Of a stretch of DNA of 53,093 nucleotides, positions 23,742-33,383 are shown piece after piece (within the stretch, counting starts at the first letter, position 1; each line of letters starts with the position of its first letter). The position numbers were made by a program, and so were the translations under genes. Source of the stretch: an uncultured Planctomycetia bacterium (GTDB lineage: Bacteria > Omnitrophota > Gorgyraeia > JABMRG01); assembly GCA_964523875.1 (NCBI GenBank), contig CAZGAS010000001.1, positions 1-53,093 of the forward strand. Reading direction: 5' to 3'. The notes beneath the pieces were generated by a model that ran no database searches, was not told where the DNA came from, and worked only from the letters and a program-made list of their open reading frames with translations.

Positions 23742-24674
23742 ATGTTTATACAGCTAATAATATTCTTAATTGGCATAGCCCTGTTGTACATATGCGGCAT
23801 GTTGTTTGTGTACGGTTCTACTGATACAGCACATATATTTAATATCAGGCCGCTTATAGTCGGTGTTGTAATTATAGCCTTTGCCACATCCGCGCCTGAA
23901 TTTTGTGTAAGTTCTTTAGCGGCTATAAAAAATAGCAGTAATCTCGCGATAGGCAATATTGTGGGTAGCTGTATATGTAACATTGGCATGGTGCTTGGGC
24001 TTTCAGCGATTATTAGGCCTATTAAGGTTGATGCCTCTATACTGCGTCGCGAAGTGCCTATACTCTTGACCGCTACAGTGGCACTATTCTTAGCTTGCCT
24101 TGATTTTAAGATAAGCCGCTTAGAAGCGGGCCTATTTCTTATAGGGTTTTTTCTTTTTATTTATTACTGTGTAAGGAACGCAAAGGCAGAGGCATATGAT
24201 TCTGCCCCATTGACTGATAAACCGCTTTCAAGGGTAAGGCCCTTTGTTTATCTTGTCCTTGGCGGCATAGGGCTTTTATCGGGGGCGTATATTGTTGTTA
24301 ATTCAGCGGTAATCATGGCAAGGCATTTTGGAATAAGTGAACTTGTTATAGGATTGACCGTATTAGCTATAGGGACCTCATTGCCGGAGCTTGTTGCTTC
24401 ATTGATTGCGTCACAACGAGGAGAAGGTGATATAAGTATAGGCAATGTAATAGGCAGCAACCTTTTTAATATATTGGGGATAATAGGTATTGTATGCCTT
24501 ATCAGGCCTGTTTTTATCGATCAGAGTGTTATTATGTTAAGCCTGCCGCTTCTCTTGATATATACTCTCACGTTGGTGCCAATAATTAAAACAGGATTTA
24601 GGATAAGTAGAGCGGAAGGGGTAGTACTCTTGTCGGGTTACCTTGTCTACTTAGGCCTTCTTTTTAAGAGATGA
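23742..24674 (+). CDS. CaCA family cation/Ca2+ antiporter (YrbG-like)
   Basis: 310-aa polytopic protein with two alpha-repeat motifs: FATSAPEF...GNIVGS and IGTSLPEL...GNVIGSN. Confidence 0.85.
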   Translation: MFIQLIIFLIGIALLYICGMLFVYGSTDTAHIFNIRPLIVGVVIIAFATSAPEFCVSSLAAIKNSSNLAIGNIVGSCICNIGMVLGLSAIIRPIKVDASILRREVPILLTATVALFLACLDFKISRLEAGLFLIGFFLFIYYCVRNAKAEAYDSAPLTDKPLSRVRPFVYLVLGGIGLLSGAYIVVNSAVIMARHFGISELVIGLTVLAIGTSLPELVASLIASQRGEGDISIGNVIGSNLFNILGIIGIVCLIRPVFIDQSVIMLSLPLLLIYTLTLVPIIKTGFRISRAEGVVLLSGYLVYLGLLFKR

Positions 24675-25669
24675 ATAAATGCAAACATATAGATTGTAAC
24701 CAACGCCCGCTTAGCCTCTCGGAATATTGCTGGAGGCATATTGAGAATAAGGAAGAATATCGCCGGATATTGACTGATCATATATCAGCGTCTAATTCAA
24801 TTAAGGGGTTTTACCTGAGGCGGCTTGAATTCCCGGATGCCCAATGGCAGAGCATAGACGCTCAAGAGGTCGACCTCGCCGCCGCGGATCTTTCAGGCGC
24901 TAACCTTACCGCCGCTAATCTTAAAGGGGCAAACCTTACAGGCGTAAACCTTAAAAAAGCGGATCTGGCTAGTATAGATTTTGATGAGACGCATTTATTG
25001 AAATGTAATTTGTCAGGCGCGCGTTTATGGAGCGCGGTGATAAAAGATTCAAACCTTGCCGAGGCAAACCTGCAGGAGTCAGATTTTCTAAAGGCTACTT
25101 TCTCTAATGTTAAATTTTGGCACGCAAAACTACATAACGCGAAGTTTATTACAAGGAACAGTTTTGTTGGAAAGAACCCGATTGATGAAAAGGGCCTATT
25201 ATCAGCCAGCGAGGCATACAGGAACCTCAAGCAGTATTTTATAGCAAATGGCAGGTATGATGATTCGAGCTGGGCGCATTTCAAGGAAAGGCAGCTTGAA
25301 AGAAGGCAGCTTTTTAAGGGCAAAAAGTTATTATACTTACCGTCGCTGATTATGGCATTATTATGCGGTTATGGTGAAAAACCCTATAGGGTTATCGTTT
25401 CGTCAGCGGCTCTTGTTTTTATCTATAGCATCATTTATTCAGTCTTGGATATTCTTAAGGCATCCTCCGAGCATGCCAGTGTAAACGGGTTTAATATCTG
25501 GGATTATATATATTTTAGTATAGTTACATTTACAACAGTAGGCTTCGGGGACCTCTCTCCTAAAATGGTGCCTCTCTTTCAGATGCTTGTTAGCTCAGAG
25601 GCGTTTGTCGGCGCCTTTATGATGGGACTTTTTGTTTTCACATTGGCTCGCAAATATACAGCGCGCTAA
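24671..25669 (+). CDS. Cys/His N-terminal motif - pentapeptide repeat - 2TM K+ channel fusion
   Basis: CKHIDC...CWRH at the N-terminus. About 20 pentapeptide units (ADLSGANLTAANLKGANLTGVNLKKADL...). C-terminal two TM helices with the pore signature TTVGFGD. ATGA overlap with the upstream gene. Confidence 0.75.
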   Translation: MNKCKHIDCNQRPLSLSEYCWRHIENKEEYRRILTDHISASNSIKGFYLRRLEFPDAQWQSIDAQEVDLAAADLSGANLTAANLKGANLTGVNLKKADLASIDFDETHLLKCNLSGARLWSAVIKDSNLAEANLQESDFLKATFSNVKFWHAKLHNAKFITRNSFVGKNPIDEKGLLSASEAYRNLKQYFIANGRYDDSSWAHFKERQLERRQLFKGKKLLYLPSLIMALLCGYGEKPYRVIVSSAALVFIYSIIYSVLDILKASSEHASVNGFNIWDYIYFSIVTFTTVGFGDLSPKMVPLFQMLVSSEAFVGAFMMGLFVFTLARKYTAR

Positions 25670-25700
25670 AACGAGAGCTTGCTGATTAATGGAGGATATT

Positions 25701-26156
25701 ATGTTGAAAAAAAGAATAGATGATGATTTAATAGGCGCGCAAAAGAGCAAGGATGCTGTGAAGGTTTCAACCCTCAGGCTTCTAAAGGCAGCTATACATA
25801 ATACCTTGATAGCGAAAAAAGATAAACTTAAGGAAGAGGATATTATTACGGTTATTAAAAGAGAGGCAAAACAGCGCAAGGATTCCATGGAAAAATTCAA
25901 ACAGGGCAATCGCCAGGATTTAGTTGAGAAAGAAGATGCTGAATTAGGTATATTAAAGGCCTACCTTCCTGAAGAGATGCCCCCTGAAGAACTACTTCTT
26001 ATTGTAAGAGAATCGATTACTGAAGCGGGTGCGTTGGGCCCTAAGGATATGGGTAAGGTTATCAAGCTTGTACTTGCCAGGGTTAAGGGCGGCGCTGATG
26101 GAAAAAGAGTAAGCGAGATGGTCAATAAAGAGCTCGCGAAGCCAAATAAGGATTGA
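25701..26156 (+). CDS. GatB/YqeY domain protein
   Basis: YqeY-like sequence (LRLLKAAI...REAKQRKDS...EAELGILKAYLP). The ATG at 25701 is preferred because the GGAGGA RBS lies inside the longer ORF starting at 25689. Confidence 0.75.
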   Translation: MLKKRIDDDLIGAQKSKDAVKVSTLRLLKAAIHNTLIAKKDKLKEEDIITVIKREAKQRKDSMEKFKQGNRQDLVEKEDAELGILKAYLPEEMPPEELLLIVRESITEAGALGPKDMGKVIKLVLARVKGGADGKRVSEMVNKELAKPNKD

Positions 26157-26160
26157 TGTA

Positions 26161-27144
26161 ATGCTTAAAAAGGCGGGAAGAAGGCATACAGAAATTTTTT
26201 CTTTTATAATCTGTGTAATCACGCTGTCTTTCGCGTTGAACAGGTATTCTGTTTTAAGGCATACAGGAACACTCATGCTTTTGGCGCCTTTTTGCGCGGG
26301 CCTTCTCGCTTTCTTTTTCCAGCTATTTGTAGACAAGAGGCCCCTTATTACGCTTTACTCTAAGAGCTATCCGTACCGCAAGCTCAAGCCCTATGGGTGG
26401 CTTAGCGCTTTTTTAATCTTTGAGTTTATACTCGTCTGGGGGCTTTACACTAAACAGATATTACTCCTTGGTGAGGATCTTTTTCTTGTTACCATCCTGT
26501 TTATCGGGGTAATAGTATATTATCATCTATTTGTCAGGATGAAGGTAAGCCTGCGTTTTGTTTTTCTTGCTATTATAGTTCCTTTGCTGGCGGCAGGTAC
26601 GGCTCTTGGGCTTGGCAGCTATTTCAAGATATTGCAATTTGTAATACCCGGTAACAAGATAGGCAATATTGTATTTTTTAATTCCTTGTATTGGATATTC
26701 TTATCAATATTCTTCCAGGTGGTATGCGAGGAGCCGGCATTTAGAGGTTACCTTATGCAAAAGCTGCTTTATAAGGGTGAGCTTTTTGCTATACTGGTTT
26801 CATCCGCGTGCTACTGTATATGGCGTATCCCTTTTAGCCTATTTATAGCATCCAGCCCGCAGGAGATAGCGGTGCTTTTTTGCGGAAATTTTATTACAGG
26901 AGCGATATTCGCGTTACTTTTTGTAAAGGCGAGAAATCTTCTTGTTGCCATACTCTGTCATGGCATTATATCAGGGCTTGGTATGAGTTTTTTTGCCTCC
27001 AGTGTAAACCCGGGCATAATGCAATATATGAATTTTTTAATACCTTCCGCTAGAATACAGCTTTTAAGCATCTGGTTTGCCTGCCTGCTTGCAGGCCTTA
27101 TATTCCTTACCCTTATTCCGCGCAAAAAACTCTATACCCATTAG
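26161..27144 (+). CDS. CPBP family intramembrane glutamic endopeptidase (CAAX protease-like)
   Basis: 327-aa polytopic protein. EEPAFRGY motif 1 and the later CHGIISG His motif. Confidence 0.7.
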   Translation: MLKKAGRRHTEIFSFIICVITLSFALNRYSVLRHTGTLMLLAPFCAGLLAFFFQLFVDKRPLITLYSKSYPYRKLKPYGWLSAFLIFEFILVWGLYTKQILLLGEDLFLVTILFIGVIVYYHLFVRMKVSLRFVFLAIIVPLLAAGTALGLGSYFKILQFVIPGNKIGNIVFFNSLYWIFLSIFFQVVCEEPAFRGYLMQKLLYKGELFAILVSSACYCIWRIPFSLFIASSPQEIAVLFCGNFITGAIFALLFVKARNLLVAILCHGIISGLGMSFFASSVNPGIMQYMNFLIPSARIQLLSIWFACLLAGLIFLTLIPRKKLYTH

Positions 27145-27313
27145 AGTTGTTGTGCCTTAAGCGTATTATCACACTGGTTTTCATTTTTGTTTGCATATAA
27201 TCTGTTTTTGATGTATCATATTGTAATTATAAAATAGGCCTTTGGCACGCTATTTCACTTTTTATATTTGAACCTGTCAAATTCCTATAACATATAGATA
27301 AGGAGTACCTTGT

Positions 27314-29089
27314 ATGGCTAAGCATAAATTATTAAACATGTGGATGAGAAAATGCGTAAAATTGTGTAAGCCCGATAAAGTAGTGTGGATTGACGGCACA
27401 GAAGGTATGCGAAAGAGGCTGGAGAGACAGGCCTGTTCTACCGGTGAAATGGAGCGGCTCAATCAGAAGAAGATGCCAGGATGTGTATTGCACCGCACCG
27501 CGTTAAATGACGTGGCACGCACAGAGAACCTTACCTTTATATGCACCCCTAATAAAAAAGACGCGGGCCCTAATAATAACTGGATGTCTCCGAAAGAGGC
27601 GTATAAGAAGGGAAGCAAGATATTCTCCGGTTCTATGCGAGGGCGAACAATGTATGTTATCCCTTTTTCAATGGGCCCTATAGGTTCACCTTTTAGCAAG
27701 ATAGGTGTTGAGATAACAGATAGTATATATGTTGTGCTAAATATGTATATAATGACACGGGTAGGTAACAAGGTCCTGAAGGCCCTGGGAGAGGATGGCG
27801 AGTTTACAAAATGCCTGCATGGCAAGGCAGGCCTTGATATAAAAAGACGATTAATATTGCATTTACCAAAAGATAATACCATATGGAGTGTTGGGTCAGG
27901 ATACGGTGGTAATGTTCTTTTAGGCAAGAAATGCCTCGCGCTTCGTATCGCTAGTTACCAGGCGCAGAAAGAGGGCTGGATGGCAGAGCATATGCTTATA
28001 TTAGGCATAGAGCAGCCTAACGGACATATAGAATATATAGCAGCCGCGTTTCCAAGCGCGTGTGGCAAGACCAATCTCGCGATGCTTATACCGCCAAAAG
28101 GCCTGCAAGGAAAAGGTTATAAGGTCTGGACCGTTGGTGACGATATAGCGTGGATGCGCCCTGATTCTGATGGTAAGCTATGGGGAATAAATCCTGAATG
28201 GGGGTTCTTTGGTGTCGCGCCGGGAACGAATTCAGAGACAAATCTAAACGCGATGAAGACTATTAGGAAGAATACAATCTTTACGAATGTGCTTTTAAAG
28301 CCGGATAAGACTGTATGGTGGGAGGATGGTGATGAGGCTCCTCCAAAACACGGTATAGACTGGAGAGGCGCCGAGTGGGAACCCGGTATGCTAGATGATG
28401 CAGGTAATGTCTTAAAAGGGGCGCATCCAAACAGCCGCTTTACATCCCCGGCTATGCAATGCCCATCTATATCATACCGATTAGAGCAGCATCATGGAGT
28501 TCCTATATCAGCTATTATATTTGGGGGCCGAAGGGCGCACCTGGCGCCACTTGTTTACGAGTCTTTTTCGTGGCAGCACGGTGTCTATGTAGGTGCGACT
28601 ATGGCTTCAGAGCGCACAGCCGCTCAGTACGGAAAACAGGGTGAGGTGCGCCGTGACCCCATGGCAATGCTTCCCTTCTGCGGTTATGATATGGCAAAGT
28701 ATTTTAAACACTGGATTGACATGGAACAGAAACTTGTCAGCCCCCCTAAAATTTTTCATGTTAATTGGTTTCGCCAGGATAAAAATGGTAAATTTTTATG
28801 GCCGGGTTTTAGCGAAAATCTACGGGTACTTGAGTGGATACTTAAGCGTTGTAATAATGATGTAAAGGCGCGTAAAACACCTATAGGTTTCGTGCCTTAT
28901 TTGGAAGATATAGACCGCACAGGGATAAACTTTAGTAAAGATAAGCTTAAGGACCTCTTTTCAATCGATTCCAAAGAGTGGTCGCGGGAGCTTAAGGACC
29001 ATAGCAAATTCTTTGCTCAATTTGGCGCTAACCTGCCGGTAGGGATAAAGAAAGAATACCTGGCATTAAAAAAACGATTTGGTTTTTAA
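27314..29089 (+). CDS. pckG: phosphoenolpyruvate carboxykinase (GTP)
   Basis: 591 aa. Kinase-1a FPSACGKTN, GDDIAWM, NPEWGFFGVAPGT, and the C-terminal region WFRQDKNGKFLWPGFSENLRVLEWI. Confidence 0.95.
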   Translation: MAKHKLLNMWMRKCVKLCKPDKVVWIDGTEGMRKRLERQACSTGEMERLNQKKMPGCVLHRTALNDVARTENLTFICTPNKKDAGPNNNWMSPKEAYKKGSKIFSGSMRGRTMYVIPFSMGPIGSPFSKIGVEITDSIYVVLNMYIMTRVGNKVLKALGEDGEFTKCLHGKAGLDIKRRLILHLPKDNTIWSVGSGYGGNVLLGKKCLALRIASYQAQKEGWMAEHMLILGIEQPNGHIEYIAAAFPSACGKTNLAMLIPPKGLQGKGYKVWTVGDDIAWMRPDSDGKLWGINPEWGFFGVAPGTNSETNLNAMKTIRKNTIFTNVLLKPDKTVWWEDGDEAPPKHGIDWRGAEWEPGMLDDAGNVLKGAHPNSRFTSPAMQCPSISYRLEQHHGVPISAIIFGGRRAHLAPLVYESFSWQHGVYVGATMASERTAAQYGKQGEVRRDPMAMLPFCGYDMAKYFKHWIDMEQKLVSPPKIFHVNWFRQDKNGKFLWPGFSENLRVLEWILKRCNNDVKARKTPIGFVPYLEDIDRTGINFSKDKLKDLFSIDSKEWSRELKDHSKFFAQFGANLPVGIKKEYLALKKRFGF

Positions 29090-29551
29090 ATGGCTATATT
29101 AGATGTTGTAAAATATCCAGACCCAATTCTTCGAAAGAGATGCTCTGATGTTAAGGCTGTTGACGCTGAAATTAAGAGACTGCTCGACGATATGGCCATG
29201 ACTATGTATGCTGTAGGCGGGGTAGGCCTGGCAGCGCCTCAAGTAGGACTTGATGTGCGCCTTATTGTGATTGATGTTGGTTTAGGCCTGTTGAAGTTGG
29301 TAAACCCAAAGATAGTAAAGAGCGAAGGCTACTCCACGATAGAAGAAGGATGTCTTTCCGTTCCGAATGTTTTTGTTAAAATAAAGAGAAGGGCCAAGCT
29401 TACTGTTTCGGCGCTGAATGATTCAGGCAAACCCGAACTTATAAAAGCGGAGGGCCTGCTCGCTCACGCGTTTGGGCAGGAGATAGACCATATCAACGGA
29501 AAGCTTATTATAGATTATTTACCGTTTTACAGAAGGCTCTTCGCGAAATAG
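29090..29551 (+). CDS. def: peptide deformylase homolog (motif 3 is QEIDH instead of HEXXH)
   Basis: Motif 1 GVGLAAPQ and motif 2 EGCLS are present. Motif 3 reads GQEIDHINGK, where E. coli has QHEMDHLVGK. Codon 130 is CAG (29477-29479). Confidence 0.8.
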   Translation: MAILDVVKYPDPILRKRCSDVKAVDAEIKRLLDDMAMTMYAVGGVGLAAPQVGLDVRLIVIDVGLGLLKLVNPKIVKSEGYSTIEEGCLSVPNVFVKIKRRAKLTVSALNDSGKPELIKAEGLLAHAFGQEIDHINGKLIIDYLPFYRRLFAK

Positions 29552-29638
29552 CTGCCTTTTAAAGCTATTGTTTTACGCATTATTTTGAGGAAGCGGATAT
29601 TATTATATGCTATATTAATATAGTAAACAAATTAAACT

Positions 29639-31240
29639 ATGAAAAGATGCCAAAAATGTTCGATAAAATATTCCGAGATGTGGAATATCTGCATGGTATG
29701 CGGTTCTCCCCTTACGTCTGATACTGTCCTATCAAAGGTTTTTACCAAAAATCGTCAAAGCGCAGGATATCTTTTTCCGATCATGGAAAAGAGCATTGAG
29801 CAATCAAGCGTGCTTTTTCTTTATTTCGATACAGACCTGAAGCTTATAATGTGTAATAAGGCTATAGAGCAGATAACAGGTTATAGCAGGAGAGAGATAT
29901 TCAAGGGTGATTGGCAGAAACTTTTTTTTGGAAAAAACCAGTCAAAAAAAGATATATTTAAAGCGGTACTGCAAAGCTGTTTTTCCAGTATTAAGGGCCG
30001 CGCTTATGAAGGTTCTATTGTACGAAAAGACGGCGTAGAGCGTGCTTTCTCCTGGTCCAATACAGTCATTGCGGATGTAACAGGTAAACCGCAGGGAATT
30101 TTTTGCATAGCGGATGATATTACAGAATATAAGTTCGCGAGAAATGATATAGCAGCGTGTTCTGAACATCTCAAGGATATATTTGCCAGCATAAAGGACT
30201 ACGCTCTGATAACTACTAATATTGCGAATAAGATCACATATTATGGTGAGAGCGCTACAGCGCTTTTCCGCTGGGACGCGGATGTAATACTTAAGGATAT
30301 CGGCCTATTATTCCCGCCTGATCAAGGGGCCAGCCTGATAGGCAAGATAAAGCGTAATATTACAATAAACGGTAACTTTGAGGAAGAGCTTATATTATTG
30401 CGGGCGAATAAGAGTGAATTTCCAGCCATGCTTTTGGTCAGTGCTATTATAAACTCGGATAATCAAGTATCCGGTTATTTGTATATTATAAGGGATGTAA
30501 CTGAACGAAAGAGGATAGAGGCGCAGATGATACAAAGCGAGAAGATGGCGGCTATGGGCCAACTTGCCGCTGGCGTTGCTCACGAGATAAATAACCCCCT
30601 TCTTGTAATCTTAGGTAGGATAGACATGTTTGACATGGACCAGGAAGAATTATCGCCTTCGGTTAAAAAGACGATAGATATCATAGCGGCCCAGGCAAAA
30701 CGCATGAGGGTTATTGTGGATAGGCTGCTCTCTTATTCGCATAAAAAACCTGTTTGCAAAGATATTGTTGAGATTAATGATATACTAAAGACCATACCCC
30801 AATTGGTTGCTTATTATCCGGAATTTCATAAGATCAAGTGGGAGGAGGACCTCCGTGAGCACCCCACGAAAATAAAAGGGGATTTTAATCAATTGCAGGA
30901 AGTTTTTTTAAACCTCGCTATCAATGCTTGTCAGGCAATGCCTGATGGCGGTACGCTTACTATCAGTTCATCAAAACCGGATGAAGAATCCGTATGTGTC
31001 GGAGTTGAGGATACGGGAGCAGGCATACAAAAAGAGGATATAGGTAAACTTTTTCTGCCGTTTTTTACTACGAAAGATACAGGAACAGGGCTTGGGCTGC
31101 CTCTGTGTTATTCAATTATTGAATCCCATGGGGGAAGGATAGAGGTGGAAAGCGAGTTAGATAAAGGGGCTGTGTTTACTGTAACGCTACCAGCTTGTAA
31201 CATAGAAGAGGGTTGTCAGAGTTCAACACAAGGAGCATAA
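29639..31240 (+). CDS. cytoplasmic PAS-domain sensor histidine kinase with N-terminal zinc-ribbon
   Basis: CQKC...CMVC ribbon and two PAS-like regions. H-box AHEINNPL, N-box NLAINACQAM, G-boxes EDTGAGI and GTGLGL. No TM segment seen. Confidence 0.85.
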   Translation: MKRCQKCSIKYSEMWNICMVCGSPLTSDTVLSKVFTKNRQSAGYLFPIMEKSIEQSSVLFLYFDTDLKLIMCNKAIEQITGYSRREIFKGDWQKLFFGKNQSKKDIFKAVLQSCFSSIKGRAYEGSIVRKDGVERAFSWSNTVIADVTGKPQGIFCIADDITEYKFARNDIAACSEHLKDIFASIKDYALITTNIANKITYYGESATALFRWDADVILKDIGLLFPPDQGASLIGKIKRNITINGNFEEELILLRANKSEFPAMLLVSAIINSDNQVSGYLYIIRDVTERKRIEAQMIQSEKMAAMGQLAAGVAHEINNPLLVILGRIDMFDMDQEELSPSVKKTIDIIAAQAKRMRVIVDRLLSYSHKKPVCKDIVEINDILKTIPQLVAYYPEFHKIKWEEDLREHPTKIKGDFNQLQEVFLNLAINACQAMPDGGTLTISSSKPDEESVCVGVEDTGAGIQKEDIGKLFLPFFTTKDTGTGLGLPLCYSIIESHGGRIEVESELDKGAVFTVTLPACNIEEGCQSSTQGA

Positions 31241-31241
31241 G

Positions 31242-31652
31242 ATGGATGGAAAGATAAGGATTCTTGTTATAGATGATGAAACAGACGCGTTAGAGCTTTT
31301 CAAGGACCTTTTTACGAAAAAAGGTTACATGGTAGAGTGTGCCCCAGACGGCATAGAAGCATTGGAGATGATAGATAAAGCACAGTTTGACGCCGTACTT
31401 CTTGATATAAGGATGCCTGTGATGAATGGCATCGAGGTTCTATCAAAGATTAAACAGAAAAAACCTGACCTGCCTGTTGTAATGCTTACAGCCTATGGTT
31501 ATGACGATAATCTTATGAACAAGGCGATTGAACAGGGAGCAACAGGTTATATAAGTAAGAATTTTCCTTTGGCCCAGATTGTCTATACATTCCAGACACT
31601 ACTGAGTACGATGTCAATTAAGAGGCAAGAGAAGAAGGAGAAAGATAAATAG
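31242..31652 (+). CDS. stand-alone receiver domain response regulator
   Basis: 136 aa. DD acidic pocket (VIDDE), phospho-acceptor LLDIRMP, MLTAYG, K in YISKNF. No output domain. Confidence 0.85.
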   Translation: MDGKIRILVIDDETDALELFKDLFTKKGYMVECAPDGIEALEMIDKAQFDAVLLDIRMPVMNGIEVLSKIKQKKPDLPVVMLTAYGYDDNLMNKAIEQGATGYISKNFPLAQIVYTFQTLLSTMSIKRQEKKEKDK

Positions 31653-31816
31653 GCCGTATTAGTAAGAACTGTTACGAAAGACAATAACGCAGAGATCGTA
31701 AAGTTAATGATTCATGCAGGAACTAACAAACTTTCTAAAAGTTTAATCACCCCCACTTATATATGTTGAGTCAGTTTTTCCAGCTTTTTATATCTAAAAT
31801 AAGCCAGAACCTTAAG

Positions 31817-33100
31817 ATGAAATTTTTTATCATTCTTATAGCAGTTAGCTTATTTCCTGTTAGCCAAAATGTGTATGCTGATGTGCCTAATAAGCCCAGT
31901 TATGTGTATGTTAAAGATAGGCAGCTTTTTGTCGGGAAACGATTGAAAGATGGCTCATTAGATATATTAAAGCCGTATCTTATAAAAGGCTTAACGTGGT
32001 TACCTGCAACACGCTCCCCTGATAACGGGCCCAATCCTTTCAACCCCCTTGAAACGGTTCCTTATGGCCTATTTTTTGATTGGCCCGGGCGCGATCCGCA
32101 AGGGCACGTTGTTTTTATCCATTGGTTAAGAAGCCAGTATCTGGAATATTTAACTGATATCGACATGATGCGAAGAATGAATATCAACACGGTCCGCGTT
32201 TATACGGATTTTGGCGATAATCCGGCGGTTTATAAAAAGATTCTGGATGAATTTTACCGCAATGACATTATGGTAATAATGACTATTGCCTCGTCGCGAC
32301 ATGACATAGATAAGGCTAGATATAAAAAGGTTTTATCTTTATGCATGAATCACCCTTCTGTCTTAATGTGGTCTCTGGGCAATGAGTGGAATCTGGAATA
32401 TAATAAATATTGGGGTTACGATACGGTGCGGGATGCTGCTGATGCGACTGATCACGCTGCCAGCGAAATTAAAAATATTGATTGCGCACACCCTGTCAGC
32501 TCATGTTTAGGGGATAGGTTTTATGATGATGAGGTTACTAATACAATCGCATGGATAGTAGAAAGATGCGTATATGTAGATGTGTGGGGCTTGAATATAT
32601 ATAGAGGCGAGGATTTTAGCAATCTCTTTAAGCAGTGGAAGAGTATTACAGATAAACCGATGTATATTAGTGAATTCGGGATAGATTCGCTTGAAACAAA
32701 ATCCTATAAGAAATTCTCCGAATCTCAGGTATATAAATGTGTAGGCAATGAGAATCAGGACGTGCAAGGAGAATACGCGATCTGCCTTTGGAATGATTTA
32801 GCTAAGAATCTATCGATTTTAGACTCGAATAATCCGTGTATCGGAGGAACGCTCCATAGCTTTAATGACCATCTATGGAAAGTAGGCTCTTACCACGTGA
32901 ATTTAGGCGGCTTAGTCAATTGCGATGATATGGCAGGCGTGGATAGTTTCAGGAAGTATGACGCGGGGGGATTTTATCTGCCTTCCAGCCCTGATAGTGT
33001 TATAAATGAAGAATATTACGGTGTAGTGGATGCCGATCGCCAGCCTAAAAAGGTATATTGGAGATTGAAATCTTTTTATAAGAAGTTAGGTGCAGAATAG
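31817..33100 (+). CDS. secreted clan GH-A (beta/alpha)8 glycoside hydrolase-like protein
   Basis: Signal peptide MKFFIILIAVSLF...VYA. Candidate acid/base WSLGNEWN and nucleophile MYISEFG. The family (GH5/GH2/GH72-like) is not resolved. The start at 31817 is preferred over 31763. Confidence 0.5.
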   Translation: MKFFIILIAVSLFPVSQNVYADVPNKPSYVYVKDRQLFVGKRLKDGSLDILKPYLIKGLTWLPATRSPDNGPNPFNPLETVPYGLFFDWPGRDPQGHVVFIHWLRSQYLEYLTDIDMMRRMNINTVRVYTDFGDNPAVYKKILDEFYRNDIMVIMTIASSRHDIDKARYKKVLSLCMNHPSVLMWSLGNEWNLEYNKYWGYDTVRDAADATDHAASEIKNIDCAHPVSSCLGDRFYDDEVTNTIAWIVERCVYVDVWGLNIYRGEDFSNLFKQWKSITDKPMYISEFGIDSLETKSYKKFSESQVYKCVGNENQDVQGEYAICLWNDLAKNLSILDSNNPCIGGTLHSFNDHLWKVGSYHVNLGGLVNCDDMAGVDSFRKYDAGGFYLPSSPDSVINEEYYGVVDADRQPKKVYWRLKSFYKKLGAE

Positions 33101-33167
33101 TATTCGTTGCTTTCAAAATTCCTTCATAGCCTCATTGGAGTATCGGTACTTAAACGGCGAAGCAGAA
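33101..33167 (-). repeat. copy C of the post-CCA trailer repeat family
   Basis: Minus strand TTCTGCTTCGCCGTTTAAGTACCGATACTCCAATGAGGCTATGAAGGAAT... starts immediately 3' of tRNA-Leu(CAG). Its first 31 nt differ from copy A by 1 substitution and a 1-nt indel. Confidence 0.8.
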
Positions 33168-33254
33168 TGGTGCGGAAGAGGGGAGTTGAACCCCTAAGGG
33201 CTTACGCCCACACGGACCTGAACCGTGCGCGTCTGCCAGTTCCGCCACTTCCGC
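33168..33254 (-). tRNA. tRNA-Leu (anticodon CAG), CCA encoded
   Basis: Acceptor GCGGAAG/CTTCCGC, anticodon stem CACGG/CCGTG with loop TTCAGGT, long variable arm, T arm AGGGG-TTCAACT-CCCCT. Confidence 0.9.
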
Positions 33255-33383
33255 ACTTAGTAAAGTATACAAAACCCCCTTCTGCTTGTCAACTGTTTAA
33301 AATATTGTATTTTAAGATCAGCTTGACAAAATAACGTAAAAATCTTGCCTTATATAATACTTTATGTTATACTACTTTGTTCC

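Noticed and set aside
24862-25323. 153-aa antisense ORF inside the pentapeptide-repeat gene. Similar long antisense ORFs occur at 27463-27927, 37647-38135, 44578-45042, 47694-48161, 6074-6496 and 622-1062.
   Set aside because: Each lies opposite a gene with strong family motifs, lacks an RBS, and has low-complexity or biased composition. These are shadow ORFs.
29639-33100. Zinc-ribbon PAS histidine kinase, receiver-only regulator and secreted glycoside-hydrolase-like gene, considered as a possible dedicated polysaccharide-sensing unit.
   Set aside because: A 164-nt gap separates the regulator from the hydrolase gene. Adjacency is weak evidence in this compact, co-directional window, and nothing in the sequences links them.
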